Source: Octopus vulgaris (lineage: Eukaryota). From it: a stretch of 64,000 bases of DNA. The position numbers and the translations under genes are program-made. Each line of letters starts with the position of its first letter. The first letter of the stretch is position 1. The stretch lies in the NCBI GenBank assembly GCA_951406725.2, contig OX597818.1, forward strand, positions 62,496,001 to 62,560,000, written 5' to 3'. Shown here one piece after another: positions 24,660 to 36,835 of this stretch. Under the pieces are notes generated by a model. That model had not been told where the DNA came from, did no database searches, and saw only the letters and a program-made list of their open reading frames with translations.

Positions 24660-25831
24660 TCTTTTCTACTCAAAGCACAAGGCCCAAAATTTGAGAGGAG
24701 GGGGATCCGTCGATTAGATCGACCACATTACGCAACTGGTACTTAATTTATCGACCCCAAAAGAATGAATGGTAAAATCGACCTCGGCGGAATCTGAACT
24801 CAGTATGTAAAGGCAGACGAAATAACGCTAGGCATTTCGCCCGAAGTGCTAACGTTTCTTATTTCTTTACTGACCACAAGGGGCTACATATTGAGGGGAC
24901 AAACAAGGGCAGACAAAGGGATTAAGTCGATTACATCGATCCTAGTGCGTAACTGGTACTTAATTTATCCACCCCGAACGGATGAAAGGCAAAGTCGACC
25001 ACGGTGGAATTTGAACTCAGAACGTAGTAGCTAAGCATTTCGGCCGGCGTGCTAACGTTTCTGCCAGATCGCCGCCTTTAGAGAAAGGAAAATAATTCTT
25101 TTCTAGTCTAGGCACAAGACCCGGAATCTTTTGGGGATGGAGTCAGTCGATTATATTGATACCAGTACCCAACTGGTACTTATTTTATCGACCCCAAAAA
25201 GATGAAAGGCAAAGTCAACCTCGGTGGCATTTGAACTCAGAACGTAGCGGCCGACGAAACACCTATTTCTTTACTACCCACAAGGGGCTAAACACAGAAA
25301 GGAGAAACAAGGACAGACAAACGGATTAAGTCGATTACATCGACCCCAGTGCGTAACTAGTACTTAATTTATCGACCCCGAAAGGATGAAAGGCAAAGTC
25401 GACCTCGACGGAATTTGAACTCTGAACGTAAAGACAAACTAAATACCTATTTCTTTACTACCCACAAGGGGCTAAACACAGAAAGGAGAAACAAGGACAG
25501 ACAAACGGATTAAGTCGATTACATCGACCCCAGTGCGTAACTAGTACTTATTTAATGGACCCCGAAAGGATGAAAGGCAAAGTCGATTCGGCGGAACTTG
25601 AACTCACAACGTAGCGGCAGACGAAGTACCTATTTCTTTACTACCCACAAGGGGCTAAACACAGAGAGGACAAACAGGGACAGACAAACGGGTTAAGTCG
25701 GTTATATCGACTCCAGTGCGTAACTAGTACTTATTTAATCGACCCCGAAAGGATGAAAGGCAAATTAACAGCAGACGAAATACGGCAACGCATTTCGCCC
25801 GGCGTGCTAACGTTTCTGTCAGCTCGCCGCC
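24660..25831 (-). mobile_element. SINE family A tandem arrays (about six units)
   Basis: Units of about 184 bp with junctions at 25262/3, 25446/7 and 25629/30; second array at 24660-25077. Confidence 0.92.
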
Positions 25832-26510
25832 TTATATGAAGAGAATATTAACTCTGTAGTCTTAAAGTGAAGGCTCGTGGCTTAGTGGTTAAATTACATG
25901 CTCTAAAGTGATGCCGCATGTTTTGCTCGTTCATTATTTATTTCTAACGTGTGTGTGTGCCTTTGAGTTAGTATGTGTTCTCATCACTGCTTGCCATCTG
26001 TGGTTTACCGTAATAAGACCTCAGATGGGACAATTACGCAGTCACTTGCCCTACTGAAGTATAGGTTGTTTATGTCCCTGTAACTTAGCTGTTCGGCATA
26101 AGAGAGTGTTTTTTTTCGGCTAAAACCCTTTAAGGCGGCGCTCCAGCAAGGCCTCTCTTTAATGACTTAAACACGTAAAAGGCAAAGGATAAATTCTCGT
26201 CAGATGTGTTGGTGCGGGAGAGGCATTAGGACCAGGAGATCATCAAGTCGCCGAGCATGAAGTTTTAGGAGAGCGCTGGTTTATATAGAGATGACCTCAT
26301 ATAAAGTTGGATAAACTCCAAAATTTTATGGTCGATGGGAGAGTTCGTGTTGCGATAGAGAAGGGGCCGATTTTTATATGGAAACGGGTGGCATTGAATA
26401 AAATTATTCAAACGTACTTCTTACAGGAATATCCATCGTCGTAATCCATGGAGAGCCCAGATATTAGTTTATTGATCATGCTTCTAACCAAACACACACA
26501 CATGCAATCA

Positions 26511-26555
<45 letters not shown>

Positions 26556-26619
26556 ACACACTCACATACACACACATACATACCTCAACGCACAGATACA
26601 CGATACTATTTTTCATTAC

Positions 26620-26800
26620 CTCGCGATACACAGATATTGTTTTGAGTTTAGTGGGGGTGCTAGATTCCCTTGTTCGAAAATATAAGGACACAGATCGTGT
26701 CGCACAGCCAGCTGGAGACGATGTCTCCTAGGGCTAAATTACAGCGACATTCGTCCTAAACCAGGCTTGCCATGTTATGTTGGCAAACAGTTTTTACTCC
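26620..26800. mobile_element. Right arm of the foldback family
   Basis: Matches 5520-5678. Confidence 0.8.
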
Positions 26801-27430
26801 GACCTTACAATATGTTCCGAATAACTGGTCACCTGGAACCAAGTTTTTCTATGCCAAGCAGCATCAGTAGTGATACAACATAAAGAAAACTTTGGCGACA
26901 CCTATGTTCTTTCTCTTGATATTATCAAAGCATTCCACTCAAAGATCCTCCGATATAAATTACCAGTTTTTGACGTATACCTATATTTCATGTCTTGGAT
27001 AAGAAATTTCACTTAAACCATATAAATGCTGCTTGCACTGAGGAATTCCTGGCGCATATTCTATCAGCTCAGGTGAACCTCAATTTTTAATTTCGTTTTC
27101 CTCACTTTTTCTGAATATTAAATATTTGATTGATCATGCTTCTAACCAAATACACACACACACATGCATTCACAAACACAAACACAAACACACAGACACA
27201 CACACCTCAACACACAGATACACGATACAATTTTTCATTATACTCCTTAACCTACGGCAGTCAGGTGCCATACACACGCCAGACACATATAACTTATAAT
27301 GCAAGCATGACTTCGGTGAAAACAAATCGAGAAAATATTCTTTGGTGGCGAAATGAAAGCTTATAATCTTATCCAACAGCACCGAAACACATCCATGGTA
27401 AAGATGCTAATAATATTAGATGCCAAAAAT

Positions 27431-28125
27431 GTGGCGAGCTGGCAGAAACGTTAGCACGCCGGGTGAAATGCGTAGCCGAATTTCGTCTGCCGCTACGTTC
27501 TGAGTTCAAATTCTGCCGAGGTCGACTTTGCCTTTCATTCTTTCGGGGTCGATTAAATAAGTACCAGTTACGCACTGGGGTCGATGTAATCGACTAAATC
27601 CGTTTGTCTGTCCTTGTTTGTCCCCTTTGTGTTTAGCCCCTTGTGGGCAGTAAAGAAATAAATAAATAATATTAGATGCCAAAATAAGACGGTGAGCTGG
27701 AAGAATCGTTAGCCCAGCTGACAAATTACTTTGCGGCATTGCGTTTGTTTTTACATTCCGAGTTCAAATCTCACCGAGGTTGAATTTGACTTTAATTTTT
27801 TCAAGGTCGAAAAAAATTAGGACCAGTTGAGTACTGGGGTCGATGTGAAAGGTTTACTCCCTCCAAGAAATTGCTGGCCTTGTGCCAAAATTTAAAACCA
27901 CTGTGATCGACAAGCCTAAAGAGGAGAACTGGCAAAGTCGATTGCACGCCGGAAAATCTGTTTAGCGGCATTTCGTTCGTTTTTACGTTGAGTTCAAATA
28001 CCATTGACGTGAACTTCGTCTTTCATCACTTCAGGGTAAGTTGCAGTCGAACACTAGGGTGGATTTAATTGATATACACCTTCCCCTCAAAAACTGCTAG
28101 TCTTCTGTGAAAAATTCGAAGCCAA
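27431..28125 (+). mobile_element. Young family A SINE (27431-27663) with 20-bp TSD, followed by two older copies
   Basis: aataatattagatgccaaaa at 27409-27428 and 27665-27684. Confidence 0.88.
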
Positions 28126-28219
28126 TATTCGATATCAAACCCTCAAAAAGAGCTGATGATAACAATAAATCTCAGAAAGTCACTAAAAATCCCAAATAAC
28201 ACAATATATGATGACCTCT

Positions 28220-28630
28220 TATCTTTTAACTTATCCTTCATTTATTTCAGTCAACGGACTGCGGCCATGCTGGGGCACCGCCTTGAAGTGTTTAGTAGAA
28301 CACATCGACCATAGTATTAACATTTTTCAAAGACTCGCCGAAATTTCTTGTTAGAGAGGCTTCAAGAAGCCAGCATCAGTTGTCAAGTGATGGTGGGAAG
28401 ACAAGTAAAAACACAAAGACACACACACACACACATATATATATGTATATATATATATATATATATAAAAGATGGGATTCTAAACTATTTTCGCTTACGA
28501 AGTTCACTCACAAAGCATTAGTCAACCCAGGTGTTAGTAGAAGGCACTTGTTCAAGATACCACTCAGAGGGACCAAACCCAGAATCGCAGGAGTGCAGAG
28601 CGAGCTTTTCAAATACACAGACAATTCCGT
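28220..28630 (-). mobile_element. SINE family B, diverged
   Basis: gactgcggccatgctggggcaccgcc..cactcacaaagcatt. Confidence 0.7.
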
Positions 28631-29541
28631 GCCTGTGGTCACGTGACTTGTAAAAGTTTGTAAAAATCCTCACTGTAAAGAATAGAACTTTTCTTCAAAG
28701 TAAGGAATTATTTCCATCTGGCGTAATATAAAGTACAATCCAATGAGCGAGGTGTAGGGAGAAAGTTAACTTCCGGCAAATATCCAAGTGCGATGTATAC
28801 ACGAGTCTGCACTTCAGGCCAAGTGTATCTTGATGATATGAAGTTTACTTCGTCGTTAACATTCGGAATATTCGGTCAGAATGCATGGAAAACACAGTTT
28901 AAGTAGAGAAGAAGGATTTTAATTCGCCACAAGAATAGCCTGCGCTATATACCTCGCTTACTACTTCCGAGGTTTCGCTCCCTATGAGACATATGTGGCC
29001 CTCATTTTATCAATTCCGTCCCTTAACTTATAGATTTTATTTGTATACACACACACACACACACACACATACACACACAATCTTGGAGGAGTAGGTGCTG
29101 TTATTAAGCTACTGGGAAAACGCTAGCGAATGATTTAATGAGACAGAAACAAACAAGACATTATATAAATACAACAGACGAAGAATTATGCTTATATAAC
29201 AGCACAAAGATGTACAGCCATATATAACAGAAGAAAAATAATAATTATACAAAGTCCAAAAGTGCAATACAAAGAGGTTTGCGGCTATCGAACGAACTAA
29301 GTCGAGCTGCGCAAGGTGAAATGCAGTGAATCCTAATTGACGTAACGGGAGCCCAGACCAGCATGACCAGTCTGGTCAAAGGCAGGGTGAAAAGGAACGA
29401 CACCACCTTCACCGGACACTGGTCACGAGATTGGGAAGATGAACTATAGGGAGAAGGAAAGAATGAGATAGATAGATAGATAGATAGGTTTGTAGGTAGG
29501 TAGATAGATACACAGACAGAGAGACAGACAGACAGACAGAC

Positions 29542-29611
<70 letters not shown>

Positions 29612-29615
29612 GGAA

Positions 29616-29843
29616 GGCGGCGAGATGGCAGAAACGTTAGCACGCCGGGCGAAATGCTTAGCGGTACTTCGTCTGCCGCTACGTTCTGAGTTCAAAATCC
29701 GCCAAGGTCGACTTTGCCTTTCATCCTTTCGGGGTCGATTAAATAAGTGCCACTTACGCACTGGGGTCGATATAATCGACTTAATCCGTTTGTCTATCCT
29801 TGTTTGTCCCCTCTGTGTTTAGCCCCTTGTGGGTAGTAAAGAA

Positions 29844-29846
<3 letters not shown>
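29616..29846 (+). mobile_element. Family A SINE inserted in (GATA)n
   Basis: Full head-to-tail copy with (GATA)n on both sides. Confidence 0.92.
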
Positions 29847-29879
<33 letters not shown>

Positions 29880-30969
29880 ATAGATAGGGAGAAAAGACGA
29901 AAGAACAGAGGGAGTGGGGAAACTGAGTGAAAGAGAGAGGAGAGAAAGATACAAGGGAGGCAAGCAAGGGCAGGTAGAGTAGAGGTGAAAAGAGGTAGAG
30001 GTGGAAAGTGACAGAGTAAGAGTGAAGAGAGTTAAGAGTGCCACCATAAATTTAAGGCCTTGCTCAATACGTATTTTGGTTAAAGGGAGAAAAATGTGAA
30101 GAGAGTTAAGAATTTCACAATAAATTTGAGGCCTTGCGCCGGTTATGCTATAATACGAAGGCCTGAAATTTATCAGCTCAATACATATTTTGGCCAAAGG
30201 CGGAAAAAGCGTTAATCGATTTTCTCTGCTTTTCGGAATGTGACTGAAATTTGCGGATTACTAAAAGTACATAATCGCACGGTTGCATTTCACCCCTGTA
30301 TAACATAATAACATTAAATGCTTTTATGAGATCATTACTTCACGTTACAAACTCCCTAAACTGCTCATTAAGTTAATGCACACCAATTTAGTACTAATCA
30401 AATTTGCATATATTATTAATCACTATTAGCAACCATTCTCTCTGTGGTTCTGTAAATTAGTAAAATATCACCGATGAAGTAATCCGCCGCAGAAACTGGT
30501 CGGAAAGATTTGCTTGTCTAGACTTAAAGAAAAAAAATCAACGTGGCTTCAGCAAAGTTCATAATTTCCGTGACGTGGTTAAATGTATTTGTATGGTAAA
30601 AAATATTATCTCGTAAGTTTATCAAACATCTCTATCAGAGAACGCCTTCTAGTGGTTCCTCTATGTATGTATATATCTGTTTATGAACATATGTAAACAC
30701 ACACACACACACACGCACGCACGCACACACTCATACATATATGTGTATGCTAACATATGTGTATATATATATGTGTGTGTGTGTGTGTGGATACATATGT
30801 ATGTGTGTATGTATATATATATATATAATTTATATGTTTTATTTATTAATTTGTTATTATATATATACATATACCTATGTATGTATGCCCCCAGTTAAAT
30901 GACTGAAACAAGTAAAAGAATAAAAAAATATACATACATACATGCATACATACACACACACGCACACAC

Positions 30970-31012
<43 letters not shown>

Positions 31013-31074
31013 CTGTACATCTACAATATAGTCAGATAACCTACACTCAAATGAACTATCATGCTGCACCATCA

Positions 31075-31094
31075 CCAACACCACCACCACAACC

Positions 31095-31180
<86 letters not shown>

Positions 31181-31362
31181 CACTGCGAGAAATAAATAGA
31201 TAAATTCTTCCGAGTAATTAGACGAGAAAGCAGATTTGCATCTTTGGAATGAGAGAGACCACACAACAAACAGCTGCGCTGTAATTAAGTAACTAATCCA
31301 TATTTTAGCGGACTTCTTGAAGCAGAACAATAAAGGAGGGAAAACATACAAATCGTACTAGC

Positions 31363-31394
<32 letters not shown>

Positions 31395-31651
31395 TGATAA
31401 TAATAATGATAATAATAATGATAATAATCATAATAATAATGATAATAATAATGATAATAATGATAATAATAATGATAATAATAATGATAATAATAATGAT
31501 AATAATAACGATAATAATAAATAATAGCAATAATAATAATAATAATGGCAATAATAATAATAATAATAATGATAATAATAATAATAGTAATAATGATAAT
31601 AATGATAATAATAATGATAATAATAATGATAATAATAATAATAATAATAGC

Positions 31652-31713
<62 letters not shown>

Positions 31714-32007
31714 CAAAGCAACAACAATAATGATGATGATTGTGATGATGATGGAGGCAGGGTTGATGATGATGATGAGGATGATAAGAATAACGAATAC
31801 AGCTTAAAGAATTGTTGATAAATCAAGTCTCGTGGGAAAGTAATCTGAATTGTTTTGGAAGGAAGAATAAGAGAAGTCATGTGATCACTTGAAAAACATG
31901 AGGGAAAAACAATTACAGAAAAAAAAAAGAAAACTGCAACAATAACAACACAAAGTAAAAACACATCTTCAACAAGAAAGGCTACATGAAAACGAATTTC
32001 CTTTTCG

Positions 32008-32080
<73 letters not shown>

Positions 32081-32081
32081 G

Positions 32082-32165
<84 letters not shown>
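31075..32165. repeat. (CAC/CTA)n, (TAA/TGA)n and (TTA)n microsatellite cluster
   Basis: Directly visible. Confidence 0.95.
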
Positions 32166-32166
<1 letters not shown>

Positions 32167-32433
32167 TAAATCACTATTTTTAGTGTGTGAGTACTTTAAA
32201 GTATACAGTAGCACTCGATTACAATCTAACTTCATCGTTAAAAGCTGGAGTTTAAATATTTAATGCAGTGGATGGAGTCATTAACATTCGAATTAGAAAT
32301 AAGAAGCGGCGAATTGGTGCAATCGTTAGAGGCTCATAATGTGTGTTACGTACTTGTTACGTTCTTAGTTCGAATCCAGTTGAAGTCATTCACATCTTTC
32401 ACCATTTATGGATCAATAAAAGGCGGTGAAGTG

Positions 32434-32880
32434 AGGCAGCGAGCTGGCAGAAACGTTAGCACGTCGGGCGAAATGTATAGCCATATTTCGTCTGCCGTTA
32501 CGTTCTGAGTTCAAATTCCGCCGAGGTCGACTTTGCCTTTCATCATTTCGGGGTCGATTAAATAAGTACCATTTACGCACTGGGGGTCGATATAATCGAC
32601 TTCATCCGTTTATCTGTCCTTGTTTGTCCCCTCTGTGTTTAGCTCCTTGTGAGTAGTAAAGAAATAGGTATTTCGTCTGCCGTTATGTTCTGACTTCAAA
32701 TTCTGCCGAGGTCGACTTTGCCTTTCATCCTTTCGGGGTCGATAAATTAAGTACCAGTTACGCACTGGGGTCGATGTAATCGACTTAATCCGTTTGTCTG
32801 TCCTTGTTTGTCTCCTCTGTGTTTAGCCACATGTGAGTAATAAAGAAATAGGTATTTCGTCTGCCGTTATGTTCTGCCCA
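32434..32880 (+). mobile_element. SINE family A multimer
   Basis: Junctions gaaatag|gtatttc at 32667/8 and 32851/2. Confidence 0.9.
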
Positions 32881-32959
32881 GTTACGCACCAGTTACGCTC
32901 CTAAATATAGTATAATATGGAAAGTTAACAAAGAAAAGTCGTCAAAAATATGCGTTTCG

Positions 32960-33147
32960 ACTCTAGGCACAAGGCCGGAAATTTTGGGGGAGGAGACAGT
33001 CGATTAGATCGACCCCAATACGCAACTGGTACTTTATTTATCGACTCCGAAAGGATGAAATACAATGTCGACTTTGGCGGAATTTGAGGTCAGAACGTAA
33101 CGGCAGACGACTAAGCATTTCGCCCTGCTTGCTACCGTTTCTGCCAC
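32960..33147 (-). mobile_element. SINE family A (tail type 2)
   Basis: ctctaggcacaaggccggaaattttgg..tttctgcca. Confidence 0.85.
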
Positions 33148-33459
33148 AAATTTATACATACATAAACACACATACAAATACACGCACGCACACGCACACA
33201 CACATTCTTGGCTTTAAGGGTGTCGTAAAAGGTCTGGTTCGAGGCTTAACCTTCTGAGTTCTTTTACAGGACTTAGAAAAACTGAGGGATCCCTGCAATA
33301 AGTGTGTGAATGTGAGAGGGGAATATGTTGGATAAAATCATAATTAACTGATCCTCCTGTATTTTCTTTTCGCTAAACCCAGGGACTTTTCAGCATCAGC
33401 TTGAAAGTAAAAGGGCAGTAGTTTTGAGGTCAAGAGTTAGACGATAGTCCAGTTCTTGG

Positions 33460-33523
<64 letters not shown>

Positions 33524-33541
33524 CTCTCTCTCTCTCTCTCT

Positions 33542-33593
<52 letters not shown>

Positions 33594-33621
33594 CATATAC
33601 ATACATACACACACACACACA

Positions 33622-33723
<102 letters not shown>

Positions 33724-33980
33724 TTTAACAATTAAGGATAACCTCTTAATAAGGGATCTTAACAAGAAATTATCGGGTAGTTAGCGTGAAAACCTCATAA
33801 AAGAAAAGAATTCGAAAATAATTTTTTTCTTTTGAACAAATTAATTATATCTATATTGTATAGAGGGCATTATTACACATAAATGCCTCACACTAAGAGG
33901 GACAAAGTCATTACTACCAAAATTATACTAATCATACCTAAATGCAGTTTTACAAAGCAAGACATTTAAAAAATGAATTT

Positions 33981-34038
33981 AGTTCTGTATCACCGTGATT
34001 TCACATTCAACTTACGTCTTATGATCCTCAGCAGAACT
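33981..34038 (-). ncRNA. Type I hammerhead ribozyme fold (mirror copy)
   Basis: Exact reverse complement of 34043-34100. Confidence 0.75.
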
Positions 34039-34042
34039 AATC

Positions 34043-34100
34043 AGTTCTGCTGAGGATCATAAGACGTAAGTTGAATGTGAAATCACGGTGATACAGAACT
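34043..34100 (+). ncRNA. Type I hammerhead ribozyme fold
   Basis: Stem I agttctg/cagaact; CTGAGGA 34050-34056; stem II cat..gac-GTAA-gtt..atg; GAAA 34079-34082; stem III tcacggtga; cleavage triplet ATA (after 34093). Confidence 0.75.
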
Positions 34101-34374
34101 AAATTCATTTTTTAAATGTCTTGCTTTGAAAAACTGCATTTAAGTATGATTAGTATAATTTTGGTAGTAATGACTTTGTCCCTCTTAGTGTGAGGCATTT
34201 ATGTGTAATAATGCCCTCTATACAATATATATATATATATATATATGAAATATTTGTAAATGGAATTGGGTTTTACCCTCTAAAGCTTAACTATATTAAT
34301 AGAATCTGTACATTTTAGCCAGACCTGGTGAAAATAGCATTAAAATCGTTTTCAAACACACCCTGTTGTCCCAG

Positions 34375-34715
34375 CAACGGTAAGGGTAAAGACCCCCTTC
34401 GGTCATGAATGACCATGGGATTGCACCTAGAAAGTTACCCTCCTAGACACAAGTCCGGGCAAGGTTGTTTATGGAAGACCAGCAGTCGCCCATGCATACC
34501 GGCCTCCCCTCTCCACCCCACCAGTGTTATCCAAGGGAAAGACAAAGGTCGATACAGCTTGGCACCAGTGACGTCGCAACTCATTTCTACAGCTGAGTGA
34601 ACTGGAGCAACGTGAAATAAAGTACCTTGCTCAAGAACACAACACGCAGCCCGGTCCGGGATTCGAGCTCACAACCTCACGATCGTAAGCGCGACGCTCT
34701 AACCACTGAGCCATC
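34375..34715 (-). mobile_element. SINE family D (tRNA head)
   Basis: Minus strand atggctcagtggttagagcgtcg..gagctcgaatcccgg; second copy at 41222-41538. Confidence 0.87.
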
Positions 34716-35382
34716 ATGTAGAATAATAAAGTTCGAAATTCATTACGTCTTAAAAAATAGGGAGACTCTCGAATGAGACGGCTTTGATCATGGGAATATT
34801 TGTCCATTGTTGTTATTCATTGTTCAGTATGTACACGTATGAGCTAACGCTGGAGTCCCTGGTCACTCTTGTAATGAAAATATTGCCCAATTCCTTTCGA
34901 ACTTTTAGTCTTCGATACATGGAGGACACATTGCTTAAAGTAGTTCATTGCATGAAAAAATAAATTTAAAAATGATGGTAGGGGTCATAAGGGGAATGAA
35001 TTTGATCATAATTTGATCGTAATCTACTCGTTTAAACATGACCTGGGGTTAAAAACTAATTACAACATCTACAGGTGAACGAGGAAATCATATGGTAGTC
35101 GACGTAGCCTTTAATTAAAACATAATTAGTGTTTCTAAAGTTCACAATCGATATTAAATTTGGTGGGTAAGAATTAATCGATTGAATCTACTCGAATACT
35201 TGAAATGTAAATAATTATCGATCCCGAAGGAGTGGAAGTTGAAATCGATAACTTCGGCAATTGCACTGACTGACATAAGGTGACGTAAGTAAATACTAGA
35301 ATATATAAAGTTCGATCTTTTATCGATTCTGTCCTTCAAACAGGGCTTCTTTTCAACAATAGTTTGTTTCGTAAAAGTATTA

Positions 35383-35601
35383 TCTCTTTATTGCCCACAA
35401 GCGGCTAAACATAGAGGGGACAATCAAAAGTATTAAGTCGATTACATCGACGCCAGTGCATAACTGGTACTGAATTTATCGACCCCGAAAGGATGAAAGG
35501 CAAAGTTGACCTCGGTGGAATTTGAACTCAGAACGTAACGGCAGACGAAATATGGCTACGCATTTCGTCCGGCATGCTAACGTTTCTGCCAGCTCGCCGC
35601 C
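35383..35601 (-). mobile_element. SINE family A
   Basis: Colinear with 29616-29846. Confidence 0.85.
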
Positions 35602-35809
35602 TTGTTTCATAAAAGTATGCTTCAAATTTAGGTACAAGAAGGATTCGAAGAGAAGAGGATTAAGAGATTACGTTGATTGCCGCCAATACGTCACATGTTG
35701 TTTACCTTATCGACACCAAAGAAGGAAAAGTGAACTTGGACATGCCGGCGTTTGAACTCAAGAAATAGAAATCCTGGAAAAATAACACAATGCATATTTA
35801 CTGTGGCAA

Positions 35810-36835
35810 GGCAAAGGCAAGGAATGAGTCCTGAAATAGTAAAGGAAAACTTAACCATTTGTTCTACATGGATGATCTGAAGATTTTTAGTAAGAATAGA
35901 AAAGAGATCGATTCCCCAATAAAGACTGTAAAATAATTCTTCAGCAAAGATATAGGTATGGAATTTGGTATAGATAAAAGATAATTATTAGTCAGGAAAA
36001 GGAGACATATAGTCAACAGCCAAGGCAACCAATTTCCAGATGACTGAACGTTAAAATTGCTGAAAGAAGTATCTAGGAATATTAGAATTTTACAAAGTAC
36101 CAACTATAGAAATGAAAACGAAAATTGAGGAGTACATCAGAAGGGTGAGGAAGCAAATGAAGTCAAAGATAAATGGTCCGAATCTAGTGAAGGTTGTAAA
36201 TACTTGGGAAGTATCGTTACTTAGATAATCGGCCGCTTTTGTAGATCGGACAAAATCTGAATGAGCAAATCTAGGCTGCAGACTTATGAAGGAATTCAAT
36301 ATGAAGGGAAACTCCACCCGAGAGCAGGAATAGTAAGATTAAACTTACCTAGAAAGGAAGGCGGTAGTGAAGACTACGTGGAGTTAGCTACAGTAGATAT
36401 AAGTGGGTAATACTGAGGAAAGGTCATTAAGTGTTGCTAGAGTCAAGGTATGACATAAGGAAATGAAAAAAGCCAAATGAAGTTAAAACCCAGAAAAAGA
36501 AGAAAGATTATCGGACTGGCAAGTGAAGGCTTTGCATGATAAATTCTCAGAAATAGTTACAGAAACTAGCAGTGCTGAGAAATGATTATGGTTGCAGAAA
36601 GAAAGGCTGAAAAGTGATAAAGAATATCTGTTAGTAGCAGCAGCAGAGGATCAATCATTGAGGATTAATTTGATAAAAGCCAAGATGGACAAAGGCCAGG
36701 TAGATTGCCAGTGCAGGTTATGTAAGTCAAAAGTGGAGTGTGTTACTCACATAGTAAGTGAATATAGCATGCTGGTACATAAAGAATACAAGAAAAGACA
36801 TGGCAACCTAGGGACAGTAATCCACTGGTTATTAT
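35810..36835 (+). pseudogene. Dong/R4-clade RLE LINE fragment (RT YMDD to CCHC finger)
   Basis: KLNHLFYMDDLKIF, RLNLPRKEGG, LLVAAAEDQSL, CRLCKSKVECVTHIVSEY..YKKRH; many stops. Confidence 0.88.

Larger units (their letters stand above)
33852..34229. mobile_element. 378-bp palindrome (187-bp arms, 4-nt spacer aatc), PLE pLTR-like, next to (TA)n
   Basis: 33852-34038 is the reverse complement of 34043-34229; I saw only two substitutions. Confidence 0.9.

Noticed and set aside
25097-25831. CRISPR-like array
   Set aside because: The units are contiguous SINE bodies of about 184 bp with no unique spacers, in a eukaryotic context with no cas genes.
31285-32235. Poly-L/I/N/Y ORFs, and the many YI/CV/HT ORFs elsewhere
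   Set aside because: Translations of microsatellites.
36343-36360. Minus-strand recursive splice motif cttcctttctAG|GTAAGT
   Set aside because: It lies in Dong coding sequence (LPRKEG), so it is a chance match. This also shows such motifs occur randomly.
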